This document shows positions 42,501 to 49,600 of a stretch of 64,000 bases of DNA, piece after piece. A program made the position numbers and the translations under genes. This DNA is from a virus. Where the stretch lies: positions 68,523-132,522 of the IMG/VR virus record IMGVR_UViG_3300026257_000002; one strand, written 5' to 3'. How positions within the stretch are numbered: the stretch's first letter is position 1; each line of letters opens with the position of its first letter. The notes below the pieces were generated by a model. The model saw only the letters and a list, made by a program, of their open reading frames with translations, had not been told where the DNA came from and searched no databases.

Positions 42501-43928
42501 AATATAAGCATAATTATCATCTTTGTAAATATTCGATACCTCAGTGGTGATACTGTTAACATTAGCATCTATCTGAATATCAGAACTACTTGAAAGAGTT
42601 CCCGTTTCATTTTTGATCCATGTTGTAAATTGTGGTCTAAAATCAATATCTCCATCAGGTGATAACTCTACTTTTTCAAATTCCTCAAAGTAAGCACCAC
42701 CATCATCTATAGTAACACTAGAAGAAACACCAAGTAACCTCATAGATACTTTATTTGATTCAAGTTCTATACCACCACTATATCCATAAAGAAATTCAGT
42801 AGTTTTAACATCACTTAAATCTGCATGATTAACAGCAACAGTATTATAAGTTCCTCTACCACAATCAATAAATTGATTGAACGTTTTATATCGGTAGGTA
42901 ATAACTTCATCATCAATTTGGATAATTCCATTTAACGGAGGAAATCCAATTGTACTATCAACTGTAATTACAGAATCTGTAGATGCTAAAACTCCTCTGA
43001 GAATTGTTTCTTTAGGAATTTCAAAAAATTGTTGACTAAGAACATTTAATCTACACTCATAAACATTCTTATTAGCAGAAGCATAATTTGAAATATTATT
43101 GATTAAAATTTGATCAATAATAGCACTAACTGTTACAGATCCAGTAGCATTAGTTTGAAATAATTCATTTCCAACAAGATCATATGGATTTCCTTGAATT
43201 GCCTCTACTTTAATAATGTCATCTACAGTAAAATCTGAATATGAAGACTTGATTACATAATCTTTTGGATATTTTACTGTGATTTCTTCATCAAATAGAG
43301 CTCTGAATAAAAATTCAATGGAAATATCAGTTCCCTTATAATTATAGAAATCTTTAATATTTCTAATTAAAGTATCTTTATCGATACTAGAAGAAATATT
43401 CTCGAATGGAAAACCAGCAAGATATTGATGCTCATAATTTCTTAAGATAAGAAATAAGACAAGACTTGATAAATTTGTAGCAATGTCATCAACTTGGTGA
43501 GATGCTGCTACAGTGCTCTCTACAGTCGTTGCAGCACCGTTAAAGTTAGTTGTTGCTGTATATCCTCTCTTACAATTTAAAAGCGTTTTAGACGATAAAT
43601 TAACTGTCTCATAGAGAATAATCTCATCACCTATACTGATTAAACCATTTTCCGAAGGAAGTCCATCAAGACTATCTAAAACAATGGTTTGATCAGTAGT
43701 AGAAATTGCTTGCTGCAATTTATAAGTTGTAACAAGATTATATTTTCTTAAATTATCAATATTCTTATAATCAAGGAAATTATTGGTGATATCAAGAAGA
43801 CCACCGGATAATTCTAATGATTTATAGTATTCCTCAAAGAATTTTACAAATATAGGGAATTCATTGACAACAAACTCTGGTAGTTGCTGATCTACTAGGT
43901 CTGAGATAGTTAACTTGTTAAAATTCAT
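30588..43928 (-). CDS. gp7: Baseplate wedge initiator gp7-like protein, greatly expanded (4446 aa)
   Basis: N-terminus QQLPEFV..EFP.FVKF.EEYY, IKDFY..KGT..SIEFLFRALF, DSYYYQDFSYVI..., HPLGFKLFGE; located between gp6 and gp8. Confidence 0.8.
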   Translation of the reverse strand: MNFNKLTISDLVDQQLPEFVVNEFPIFVKFFEEYYKSLELSGGLLDITNNFLDYKNIDNLRKYNLVTTYKLQQAISTTDQTIVLDSLDGLPSENGLISIGDEIILYETVNLSSKTLLNCKRGYTATTNFNGAATTVESTVAASHQVDDIATNLSSLVLFLILRNYEHQYLAGFPFENISSSIDKDTLIRNIKDFYNYKGTDISIEFLFRALFDEEITVKYPKDYVIKSSYSDFTVDDIIKVEAIQGNPYDLVGNELFQTNATGSVTVSAIIDQILINNISNYASANKNVYECRLNVLSQQFFEIPKETILRGVLASTDSVITVDSTIGFPPLNGIIQIDDEVITYRYKTFNQFIDCGRGTYNTVAVNHADLSDVKTTEFLYGYSGGIELESNKVSMRLLGVSSSVTIDDGGAYFEEFEKVELSPDGDIDFRPQFTTWIKNETGTLSSSSDIQIDANVNSITTEVSNIYKDDNYAYIISSGLPGHPIGSFIGTGFNVNNQNLLKLIPLSTEKNTQIQYTGNKAVGLFNNGVEAFSSQDYEDVPYGNIEKVEIIQKGFGFETNIQPIFRIPNATGAGATFNANITDGKVFSISVDDGGNGYTQDQSLEVTYGFDATATIVNDLDIVNGSIKSIAVTNPGQDYVAIPNVEIIDTTGKGTGAFAIAEITNNQLTGVVILNGGVDYSDKDTIVVNIISKGSGVVANAIVKKWSFDRVFKTRNSIDGNGNWAPAQTIKSDTGNGYLYPSRNVAYNLQYAYPSNPRILRHSLSDNVQGVNANYNEKISGFVHSPILGWAYDGNPIYGPYGYLTATVPANGISRQTSSYLLKTTVAATRPSVVTYPLGSFIDDYEFIQGTGSLDINNGRFCITPEYPEGRYCYFLTVDSFGGGIYPYIVGQTYYSVPAENNFNIEFNQQNEDNLNKAARRIRSSSTPSKGFDAILSVSNVERGVVDSFIVKESQAIFKTSDYLYLDNDDTEGSRAFGRVDSIKGQDVTTVSYQVSPEFSHPQLTTTNGIPDSPWPVEFSAPYLHKAGITYDVTVETSTPHLLSDNDIVTLTLDKQAISLSKTFNVRVSNYQTVKYIAPVIESTLVVDVAFNQTTINVDNSNGYRENDYLKINDEILKIVSIDYGSDQITVERTQFNSPLRLHASTNKVELYIPDDQPDYRLTVGSSITSTGVSGTIYSIDKENSTIEIRVDSGTLTDSSVLTDASSPSGRDLNISSISDTQIYWEFDPTGTGNHYVRDLSHTLMRGTEYIFDLSDGSIFGYSLIFSEDSANINSLTGVTVVGTAGTSGSTVTITKEALLNLDVSRVYYYEQNDKIINNKDFLSVLTFPDGVESIKVTKVVNDYSFKYTTSTQPEQPTYTGLISYTTTSQTAVGEINTVDVIDGGEGYKKLPRVAGVIHSELDSAKLTYSITGGSFDDTFSVLNSGNRYSSDVKLAINTSTGSGAVITPTIVGGKIISIKVDDAGKGYDENDTITVIDAGAKIFPVSNSIGKIKTIRFNNSGSQFNPDRTFSKSLVFKQKVIITDISGGVYKLSENVSSSSGLSAKIEKIREIGTDIYLLDLKINSGIPKVGDTLTGAILQVTSTIYSITNPDIVGNISGFISKVGFFDSDLGKISASSQKITDSYYYQDFSYVIRSTKSLSDYKKYVDETTHPLGFKLFGEVSVENDVDFDDTVTGSPFSIGLADDHSANEVIITLPNVNVESDIVFKKYEVSTLNTTDLKAYRGVGAARLNFLDNQIEAVQMADLSADFDVDTQTYTLTTNDGNFPLDTYNTSILLSLNDIFQEPFQTSSVIGISYVGGIATITTAADHNLATTSVGQTYPNQKYIHISAVTNTGNLNFNDKFEVYDVPSTNTIRVLFENPNGYLTNNDPDVCADVRSTIDSLINILTYQLNNPTVDLPTNNTGIWLDEEESTVVSANRHRDGAKLIDLNRFEIIDRANAEISLQYPDFYYPNDPQTSAYSKAKDAYRLIQQNRKELIDRGAGEIAVQHPDFVYPGDPATDSSYRFKDAYRLIQQNHKEIVDKAAAQIGVSFPDYIYPGDPATDSSYRFKDAYRLIQQNRTEIINNAWTDIITQYPSHGAYETKCRRDLGLFIDYTSLDLVNGGNEYARKFSLQFFDDSGNPLGNGIVGEEEEAIYGFNVAKDNMILAFRNQLTIKDTTITNDPNSPNTPHTFVSAVTNGVTSNAGNLPNAVTGATYDPSTGEMVITSDDHLLTTSNTITIADNAISFRCNYGNTNHTFVSGVTNAITPDVGSTVTAASGTTYDAATGDLVLEIGSHTLTTSNTIQIADGAVTFTCDADNNVTQHSYPRATDPVSGTSIAITAVSATTITVNVGSVTDASRTKSYPRTTVDIFTATDASYSPTTGIVTVTVDNHGFENGDFVKIADDSLTFTCEMDGDATNHTYPRSSDPISGQWLEISNVDTDTFSVDVGTTPLVNHNVTGATYDGTTGDLELTIGSHSLTTGQSIKLADNSLTFSCNAAVGAHTFKSGVTNAITPSVGSAVTAAAGTTYDPTTGNLVLEIGSHSLTTSDTLTIANGGVTFSCAADNHATDHAYPRATDPVSGTALAITNPTATTVTVNVGIASATTNNQGTYPRASGANTSGGADYAYNTALPITGTTGTTITINVNGGQGAISNLDAHTFVSATSGAVITGGNYTHTFVSATADGVSKKRDIAYQNTLTISAADTNTFTINVGAAGGALLCANIASSLTTLSSIATSAFTAGSISGLPAENIGTDTTGEAKCKRDLGLLIDYSSIDLVNGGNEYTRKFVLQYFDNSGNPINNGLQGEEAASIVAFNFARDEMIKSFTNELLVKDLTITADSGSPLCANITSNLTTLIGVITTTINAGSTTGLPAENIGTDTTGEAKCKRDIGMFIDAVSLDIHTGGNVYARKFLKKYFNDQGTSFISNGLSGEILESNTAFNKVRDLMKQAIVNQLLIKDLTITAGNASYWGDAVGTPTDVTYDAVTGVAQVTIVDHGLNNGDDVVIKSNGLTFNCGMDGNVAEKSYPRLADGNHEQSLAISNVTSDTFDITVGASPEKTFTISDANYDPVSGDLELTIGNHSLRAGTSVKIEPESLTFTCDLDNNQTEHRYPKTDILSETVTDASYDPVLGVLTVTVNNHGWNNGDLIKFDNDSLIFTCGMDGNATNHSYPRSTDPFSGKWIPIYAVTGNTFRVAIGVSSNTSTHTFVSAVNDGLKKKKDKTFDTAVSIITKTATTITINVGSSTDTSDHTYVPRLYTVTDATYDATTGILGITSNDHGFVVGDNILLGDDGLTFTCTQDDNVSFHSYPRSTDPASKRRSTVLTATDDHLTVNIGSSPIVNYTPTNATYDSSTGLMEVTIGTHGIKSNATVKMLDDGITFTCGAATGTHTFVSGVTNAITPSVGSAVTAAAGTTYDPSTGVMTIEIGSHSLTTSDTVQIANGGVTFTCDADAHATNHAYPRSTDPASGSNLAVLNPQATTIDVQVGVAADPADTHSYPRNIIDTHTPGAGTTYDPVTGLMIINTGTTHGIKVGDWVKFDDGAVTFRCDEDSQSSDHAYPRATDPVSGKWLQVSAIDGQTFTVKVLTTTPSTNVTTHVFQSGVTDSIKHKRDRSYNQPIPVVSVSDTTITLQVGTTSIVSAHTFVSALTDAIISGGDYPHTFVSAASNALNQSVVISGGEYPHTFIRAVTDAIVRPVVNAPVSNNSDGACADIKSNIDNLAGIVTLYLSQGSLNYPQSLPAESVRILSAGEAKCKRDLSLIVDSVIGDLRTGGNSNIRSSTQKYLDGSALLSNGLAGEVNESITAFEKARDMMSLAICNQLYIQDLTILDDFLTTSGTIESSSLTNATFTEGQFEYSNAILKLYEPVRKGTVFHSTFFKFVSAGDDARYSYKLKNILFDGISTDYPLYKINGSNVTTEADENLLVFIDGVLQLYGESYTIDRSVNPNVIKFTNVIEKDRHFFSYTFSKYKILNNFADQFNSSQRSFEFKFGDDNILPPDDHQMLIMLDGVPQVEGSSYTIVDNVITFTEAPTTGKKCFVLYFYGKVFEKTISIWNGEVFENLEYIGDNSPEGCKYLTKVANTGDIIKPGDKIRIDGESVKEIIRVEEKALKNTDNLVYTALIYTDNAYVRGKNAVANAVIDLTASSVSGGNPVGIDGTIGVENTMGIPTVFAPGPITSINITNPGLEYDVAPIILFKTECDNPGTGAEAIAQITNGKVTNVIITNPGSGYTEPPELIFAKKYEIIRPHTPLYMKNNTIVDISLANALLPGFSVSSDIDEEVTVPLVISQLTSSNTTVIEMENQMIRNTSEAGLAYNLQTFDNNKFSYEPHGINDPLASYLGTGVTIQHMNRYAPALTVGDFTTHRAVSQGATEPNIINIGPEAYVSYGLTLNGNINDTVTTITVTGDVSNFPPTGYLEFGDEIVEYTSISGQDFTVVRGVKGTTATSHTDTDYLRLAWRG

Positions 43929-43929
43929 T

Positions 43930-45780
43930 TTATGCTGCTTCTTGGAATACCTGGAGAATGCTATCTTCTATTGAGAGATTTAAATATACTTCTCTCACTG
44001 CACTCACATCATCATTAAGGGGGATGGCACTGATAAAAATTTCACTGTCTTCATTACTGCCGCTAATGAATTGAATTGGATTTAAATTCACCTTACCATT
44101 AGTAAAATCAACGGATCCTACATTTTCAATTAGAATTTTTTTAGATGCAGTAGCAGAATCAATAGTATATATTCTAATTGCACCATCATCAGTATTTTCC
44201 ATATACGCATCATCGTTAGGATAATTTACCGTCCTAAATTTAGAACTTGTTATAGTAGTTTTTCCATCACATGATGTTTGGAACGGATTTACATAGCATA
44301 GTAAATATTGAGCTGTAGTATTAAGTGCTGGTGTTAATTTTTTGCGTAATACGAAGTCGCTAACATTACCTGTAATTGAACTTTCCGAGGCATCAACAAC
44401 TGTAGTTATTTTACTTTTTCTAATCACCCCACCAAACTTACTGATACTATTAGTATCTCTATATTGAGTTAAATTTTCAATTACAACATTTCTTATTTGC
44501 TCGGATGTTAAATTAGTATCAGTTTGCCTATAATAAATTTTAGAATTTAAAATTACGTCAACAAGTGATGGATCGACAATAATTGGAGTAACAGAAGCAA
44601 CTGTATACTTCTTAAGTTTACTGATAATATCTCTTTTAGTGGAATTACTTAAAATATCACTATATTTTGGTTTAATAGCAATTTTCACACGTCCATACTC
44701 AGGTGGTTCTTCAGTTTCACCACCATATACAATAATATCAGCAATTGATGAGTAAAGTCTTTGAGTAATTACCTTATAATCTTCTAATGTTACTGCTCTA
44801 TTTTGTGAAGAATAGAATGCGGGGGCATTTTTTCTGATTACTTCAGCATCTTCAATATCATCACCACCTTCAGAACCAACTACAACTGTTGTAGTGATCC
44901 CAGTTAAAATTCGGTTTAATTCTTCATCATAAATTTGACCAGAGAAAACAAAATTCTTCAATTTGTTTGCTGATTTACCTGAAGATGCAATATATGAAAC
45001 TTCAATAACTTGTCCATCAGTAACTTTTTTACCCAATACACCATCACCAAAAATTAATTCATATCTGGAATCATCAGTCTCTTGAACAAAAAATACTTTA
45101 TCAACTGCAGTTACATCAAGAATATTCTCAACTTTTGTAAAAATTTCAGTTTTAGATGCTGCAGCATTTTCTCTTACTACTACTTTAATAGTTTCAATAT
45201 CTATATTTTCAGTAGGAATGATAAATTTTTGATTAGCAATTGTATTATCTACAGTATAAGTAGAATTTAAATAAATTCCTTCAATTACCTGCAACTGATC
45301 TGATGAAACATTTGAAATATATCCAATATTATTTGTTACTGGAGATACAACATCTTCTAAAATAGAAAATTGATAGGTTTCGTTTCTATTTTCTGGATTT
45401 GATGAAACAAAGCAATTTCCTTTCTTGAGGGTAAGAAATGATGGCACTAATCTTTGATCGATAGCAGCAACACTACTAAAATCAACCTTTAACTTAAGGA
45501 ATGCCTTTGCTGAAGTTGTTGACTTTGGATTATATCCAAGTTGTTTAGCAACTTTTACGATATTATCTCTCAAAGAAGCAGACGCCAAAAAACTCTCATT
45601 AACTGCCATCGTAGTGTTGAAGGCAGTATAATAAGTGTTATATGCTAAGAGGTCAACAATAGAAGATAGTGTTGACCCTTCAAAGTCATAATCTGTGAAA
45701 TCAGTATTTCTCCTTAGATAATCAACTAAGGTAGATTTGATATCAGCGTAATCTAGAGAACTAACTTGTGCGAATGTCAT
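43930..45780 (-). CDS. gp6: Baseplate wedge subunit gp6
   Basis: LDYADIK..L..YL....FTDYDFEGS.LS..VDLLAYNT, YELIFGDG..G, QNRAVT.EDY motifs. Confidence 0.92.
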   Translation of the reverse strand: MTFAQVSSLDYADIKSTLVDYLRRNTDFTDYDFEGSTLSSIVDLLAYNTYYTAFNTTMAVNESFLASASLRDNIVKVAKQLGYNPKSTTSAKAFLKLKVDFSSVAAIDQRLVPSFLTLKKGNCFVSSNPENRNETYQFSILEDVVSPVTNNIGYISNVSSDQLQVIEGIYLNSTYTVDNTIANQKFIIPTENIDIETIKVVVRENAAASKTEIFTKVENILDVTAVDKVFFVQETDDSRYELIFGDGVLGKKVTDGQVIEVSYIASSGKSANKLKNFVFSGQIYDEELNRILTGITTTVVVGSEGGDDIEDAEVIRKNAPAFYSSQNRAVTLEDYKVITQRLYSSIADIIVYGGETEEPPEYGRVKIAIKPKYSDILSNSTKRDIISKLKKYTVASVTPIIVDPSLVDVILNSKIYYRQTDTNLTSEQIRNVVIENLTQYRDTNSISKFGGVIRKSKITTVVDASESSITGNVSDFVLRKKLTPALNTTAQYLLCYVNPFQTSCDGKTTITSSKFRTVNYPNDDAYMENTDDGAIRIYTIDSATASKKILIENVGSVDFTNGKVNLNPIQFISGSNEDSEIFISAIPLNDDVSAVREVYLNLSIEDSILQVFQEAA

Positions 45781-46185
45781 TTATATCTTTGATGATGACG
45801 TTAATGTTAACGAAGTGGTGAAAATTTGAGCACCTGTATCAGGAATACTATAAATTACTTGAATGTCATACTCAAATTGATCTTCATTCAAATCCAAAAC
45901 TACCTCAATCAAGTTAATTCTTGGTTCATATAAAGTAATTAAGGTTTCTACCTCAGTTTTAATAGATCCAGCAGTAGCATAATCAAAAGGTTCAAATAAT
46001 AAGTCAGGAATTCCACTACCAAAATTAGCATTAAAAAACTTTTCACCTTTCTTATAAGAAAAAAGATTAAGTAGTGACCTCTTAATCGCATTTTCATCCT
46101 TCAGAAGGTTTAAATCCTTCCGTAAAGGATTGGTTTTAAATGTGAAACTCAAGTCTTTGTAAGATCTTGATGCTTTTAATGCCAT
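45781..46185 (-). CDS. gp25: Baseplate wedge subunit gp25
   Basis: YKDLS..F..NP...DL..LKDENAIKRS..NL.....GE.FF...FGS...LFEP...YEPR. Confidence 0.9.
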   Translation of the reverse strand: MALKASRSYKDLSFTFKTNPLRKDLNLLKDENAIKRSLLNLFSYKKGEKFFNANFGSGIPDLLFEPFDYATAGSIKTEVETLITLYEPRINLIEVVLDLNEDQFEYDIQVIYSIPDTGAQIFTTSLTLTSSSKI

Positions 46186-46205
46186 TTGATATGGTTTTTT
46201 TCAAT

Positions 46206-46213
46206 TATTTATA
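46206..46213 (-). promoter_or_regulatory. T4-type late promoter TATAAATA
   Basis: TATTTATA about 20 nt upstream of the gp25 start. Confidence 0.75.
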
Positions 46214-46320
46214 GTGGTTTGTCATATTAAAATTTTTGGCAATAAAAAATGATGAAATTACGCCCAAAAGCATAATATCATCATTAGGTGCTTATATAAT
46301 CTTATAAGTTAGTGTTGAAA

Positions 46321-46419
46321 TCATTCACCAGACTTTTTTTTGTCTGGATGATCTTGCTCAGAGGCTCTTTTGCCTACAACATAACCATAAGACTTTGGTG
46401 TAGGTGTTTCCTCACTCAT
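46321..46419 (-). CDS. 32-aa micro-ORF
   Basis: Manual translation MSEETPTPKSYGYVVGKRASEQDHPDKKKSGE; ATGA overlap with the upstream ORF. Confidence 0.5.
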   Translation of the reverse strand: MSEETPTPKSYGYVVGKRASEQDHPDKKKSGE

Positions 46420-46559
46420 TTTCCTTGTCCTCGATAACGTTTTCTGGCTCCGTTAGAGGAGCTTGCACTATATTTAGTATGTTTACCATTTCCCTGGCGA
46501 GTTTTTTTTGGTTTGGTTTCAATATTTTCGTTTGAACCCCACTTTAGGCTTATTGCCAT
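46416..46559 (-). CDS. 47-aa basic protein conserved in cyanomyoviruses
   Basis: Manual translation MAISLKWGSNENIETKPKKTRQGNGKHTKYSASSSNGARKRYRGQGK; the KKTRQG.G...RKRYRGQG pattern is recognisable. Confidence 0.7.
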   Translation of the reverse strand: MAISLKWGSNENIETKPKKTRQGNGKHTKYSASSSNGARKRYRGQGK

Positions 46560-46613
46560 TACTGAATTATTAACTACTCAAATAGTATACCAAAATAAAT
46601 GAGACCTGTCAAG

Positions 46614-49600
46614 TTATACAGCAGTCACACTGATAATTTGAATTTGAACTCCACCACTTTCATTACCAGCAGAAGGATTACTAACAATAACTTCTGCTGG
46701 ACTATAAGAATTAATAGAAGGTTTTGGAAGACCTCCATAATAGGAAGATCCACCTCCACCGCCACCACCAAATTCACCTCCAGCATTATATTCTAAGTCC
46801 CAACCGCCACCGCCACCGCCGCCACCGTAGTAACCCATACCGCCTTTGCCGCCACTACCATCAACGCCGTTGCCGCCATGACCTCTACTTAAGAAACCAC
46901 CGTTGCCTCCCCAAGATCCAGTATATCCATCACTAGCACCAGGATATCCGCCACCACCTCCAGATCCAGATCTATATCCACTAGTGGTTCCACCGCCACC
47001 GCCACCAGAAGCATTGAGATTACTTCCAGCATTTCCAGATGGATATCCAGCATTACCACCAGCACCAACCCCACCATATACACCATTTCCCTGGGCACCA
47101 CCCTGAGCACCAAGCATTATACACTTATTTCCAATATTATTAGTTCCAAAGAAAACTGCAGCATAATCCGAATCGTAATAAAGTCTGTAAATATTTCCAC
47201 TCGTCATGCGAATTGTTCCCTGAACATATGCACCTGTTCCAGATGGACTTCCACCACGACATTTTACAACTACATCGTAGTCACCATCTAATGGTGATAA
47301 AAGAACATTTTCAGTAAGAGTTAGAGTAGAAGATAAAGTACTGATATCACTTGTAGTAGAACTAGTAAGACCGGTCATGACTAATTGATCTTCTAAGAGG
47401 AACTTGATTACAGCAAGACCATTTTCACCTGAACCACCATGACCCGTAACATAATCTGGATCAGTTGAATATGGAGCAGGTGTATAGGGGTGAGATCCCT
47501 TAGAACCATCACTAGTATTGTAATTAGTAACATTTGCCACAATATATCCTGATCCACCACCACCTCCTCCAGACTGTCCTGTGGTGCCATTACCGCCGCC
47601 GCCACCGCCGCCGCCCCAGTATCCTGATCCACCGCCGCCTCCACGGTTACCAGTGTTGTAGGGGAAACCGCCCCCTGCTCCACCACCATTACGACCAGAG
47701 GTTGGAACACCATTACCTTGTCCAGGCCCTCCAAGTGTTCCACCACCGCCAGGAGAAAATGTACCATCACCAGCACCACCAACTCTACTAGCACCACCAC
47801 CAAATCCACCATTACCTGCTTGACCTGTTCCGCCGCCTCCACCAACGTAAACAACGTTGTTACCAAATATCATTTCCGATCTTTGACCACCACGACCAGC
47901 ACCATATCCAGACATACCTGAAGGAGAACCCAAACCAGTAGCACCAACAAATACAGTAATAGCATTCGTATTTGAATCAGGAATACTTATAGTTCCCATT
48001 GCGAATCCACCAGATCCACCTCTAACAGGGAAACCTTCTCCAACACCAGAACCACCAGCACCCCATATTTTAAATGTAAACTCAGAAGCAGAAGATGGTA
48101 TAGGTATATTTGTCGAACCGGGATTAGTAATTACAAAATCAGTTTCTAACGGTGCTGCTACAAGAGTAATAACTTCTTCGCTATTTTTGTCTGCACAGTA
48201 TTGGTTACTAAGAACACAACGATAAAATTCATTAGTATTTGCAATAGTCAATGTGGGTGTGGTGTAAGTGGCAGAAATAGCGCCAGCAATATCAGTCCAA
48301 ATACCAGATATCTTTTTCTGCCACTGAAAAGTTACTGGATCACCATCACCATTCACTACTAATGCTGATACACTAAATGTAATTGTATCACCATCATTAA
48401 CTAAAGAAGATTCTGGATTTGATGTTATTTCAATATATGTTGGATTAATAACAACTCTTGAATTTTGACTTTCTTCTCCTGCAGTTCCTCTATTCAAATG
48501 AGTTTCATTAGCAAATGATCCTGTAGTTCCATTTACAGTGCTAGCAACATACCCAGAACCACCACCGCCTGCTGAAGATCCACTACTTCCTGATGCAGCA
48601 CCACCACCACCCCAGTATCCACCACCACCTCCAGCACCAGAAGTACCACCAGAAGTAGTTACAGTGACGGTAGTTTGATCTGTAGTTAGTGTAGATGGAT
48701 ATGATCTTCCCTTACCCCAAATAAGTCTTACAGCACCATTACCACCATATCCACCAGGTTTATCAGTAGAACCAACTCCAGCACCACCGCCATAGATACC
48801 TCCATTTCCACCACCATCACTTCCACCAGAACCACCACCAGATCCACCAGATCCACCAGAACCACCGTTGAGGTTCAGTCCACCAGCAGCTCCATCAGCA
48901 CCTTTTCCATAGATACCAACTCCACCTCCTCCAGCAGCGGGAAAAGATATGCCGCCGCCACCGCTGCCGCCACCTCCAGATCCAGCAGTTGGGTAATTGC
49001 TGAAGGTTGAATATCCACCTTGACCACCATCACCAGTATATCCACCAGCTCCACCGCCTCCCCAGACACCTATTCCTTGACCACCGTTTCCACCACCATC
49101 ACCAACAAACCCACCAGCACCACCAAGACCATAACCACCACCACCTTTTACAGTGCTGGTATCGATGAAATAAGAGTCTCCTCCTCCATAGCCTGCAGCA
49201 CCAACTACTATAGTATAAGTTTGTCCAGGAACTACCATAATATCATTCTTCCATCCAAGTCCTCCACCACCACCTGGAGTTATGCTGTTAGTAGTATTTC
49301 CCCAACCATGGCCACCGCCACCAATACAAACAGCAGAAACTCTATAAACACTGTTGGGACACGTCCAATAATGTGTTCCTGGTGAAAGGAAATTAGACTG
49401 ACCTACTGCATTAACAAATCCACCACCATCACCACCAATTAGTGCAGTACCATCTTGACCATGTTCACCCATTATTTCATACTCAATTGTAATATAAGGA
49501 GTGTTGGAAGTTGATGTTTCTAAATCAGAAGTAGCATGATATTCCTGATTATAATATCCGCCACCGCCGCCACCGCCAGCACCAGATTGGTGATTACCAG

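Noticed and set aside
206-45780. Inteins or introns as the cause of the very long structural genes
   Set aside because: No intein terminal motifs, homing endonuclease motifs or frame interruptions were seen; the extra length is explained by repeats and inserted domains.
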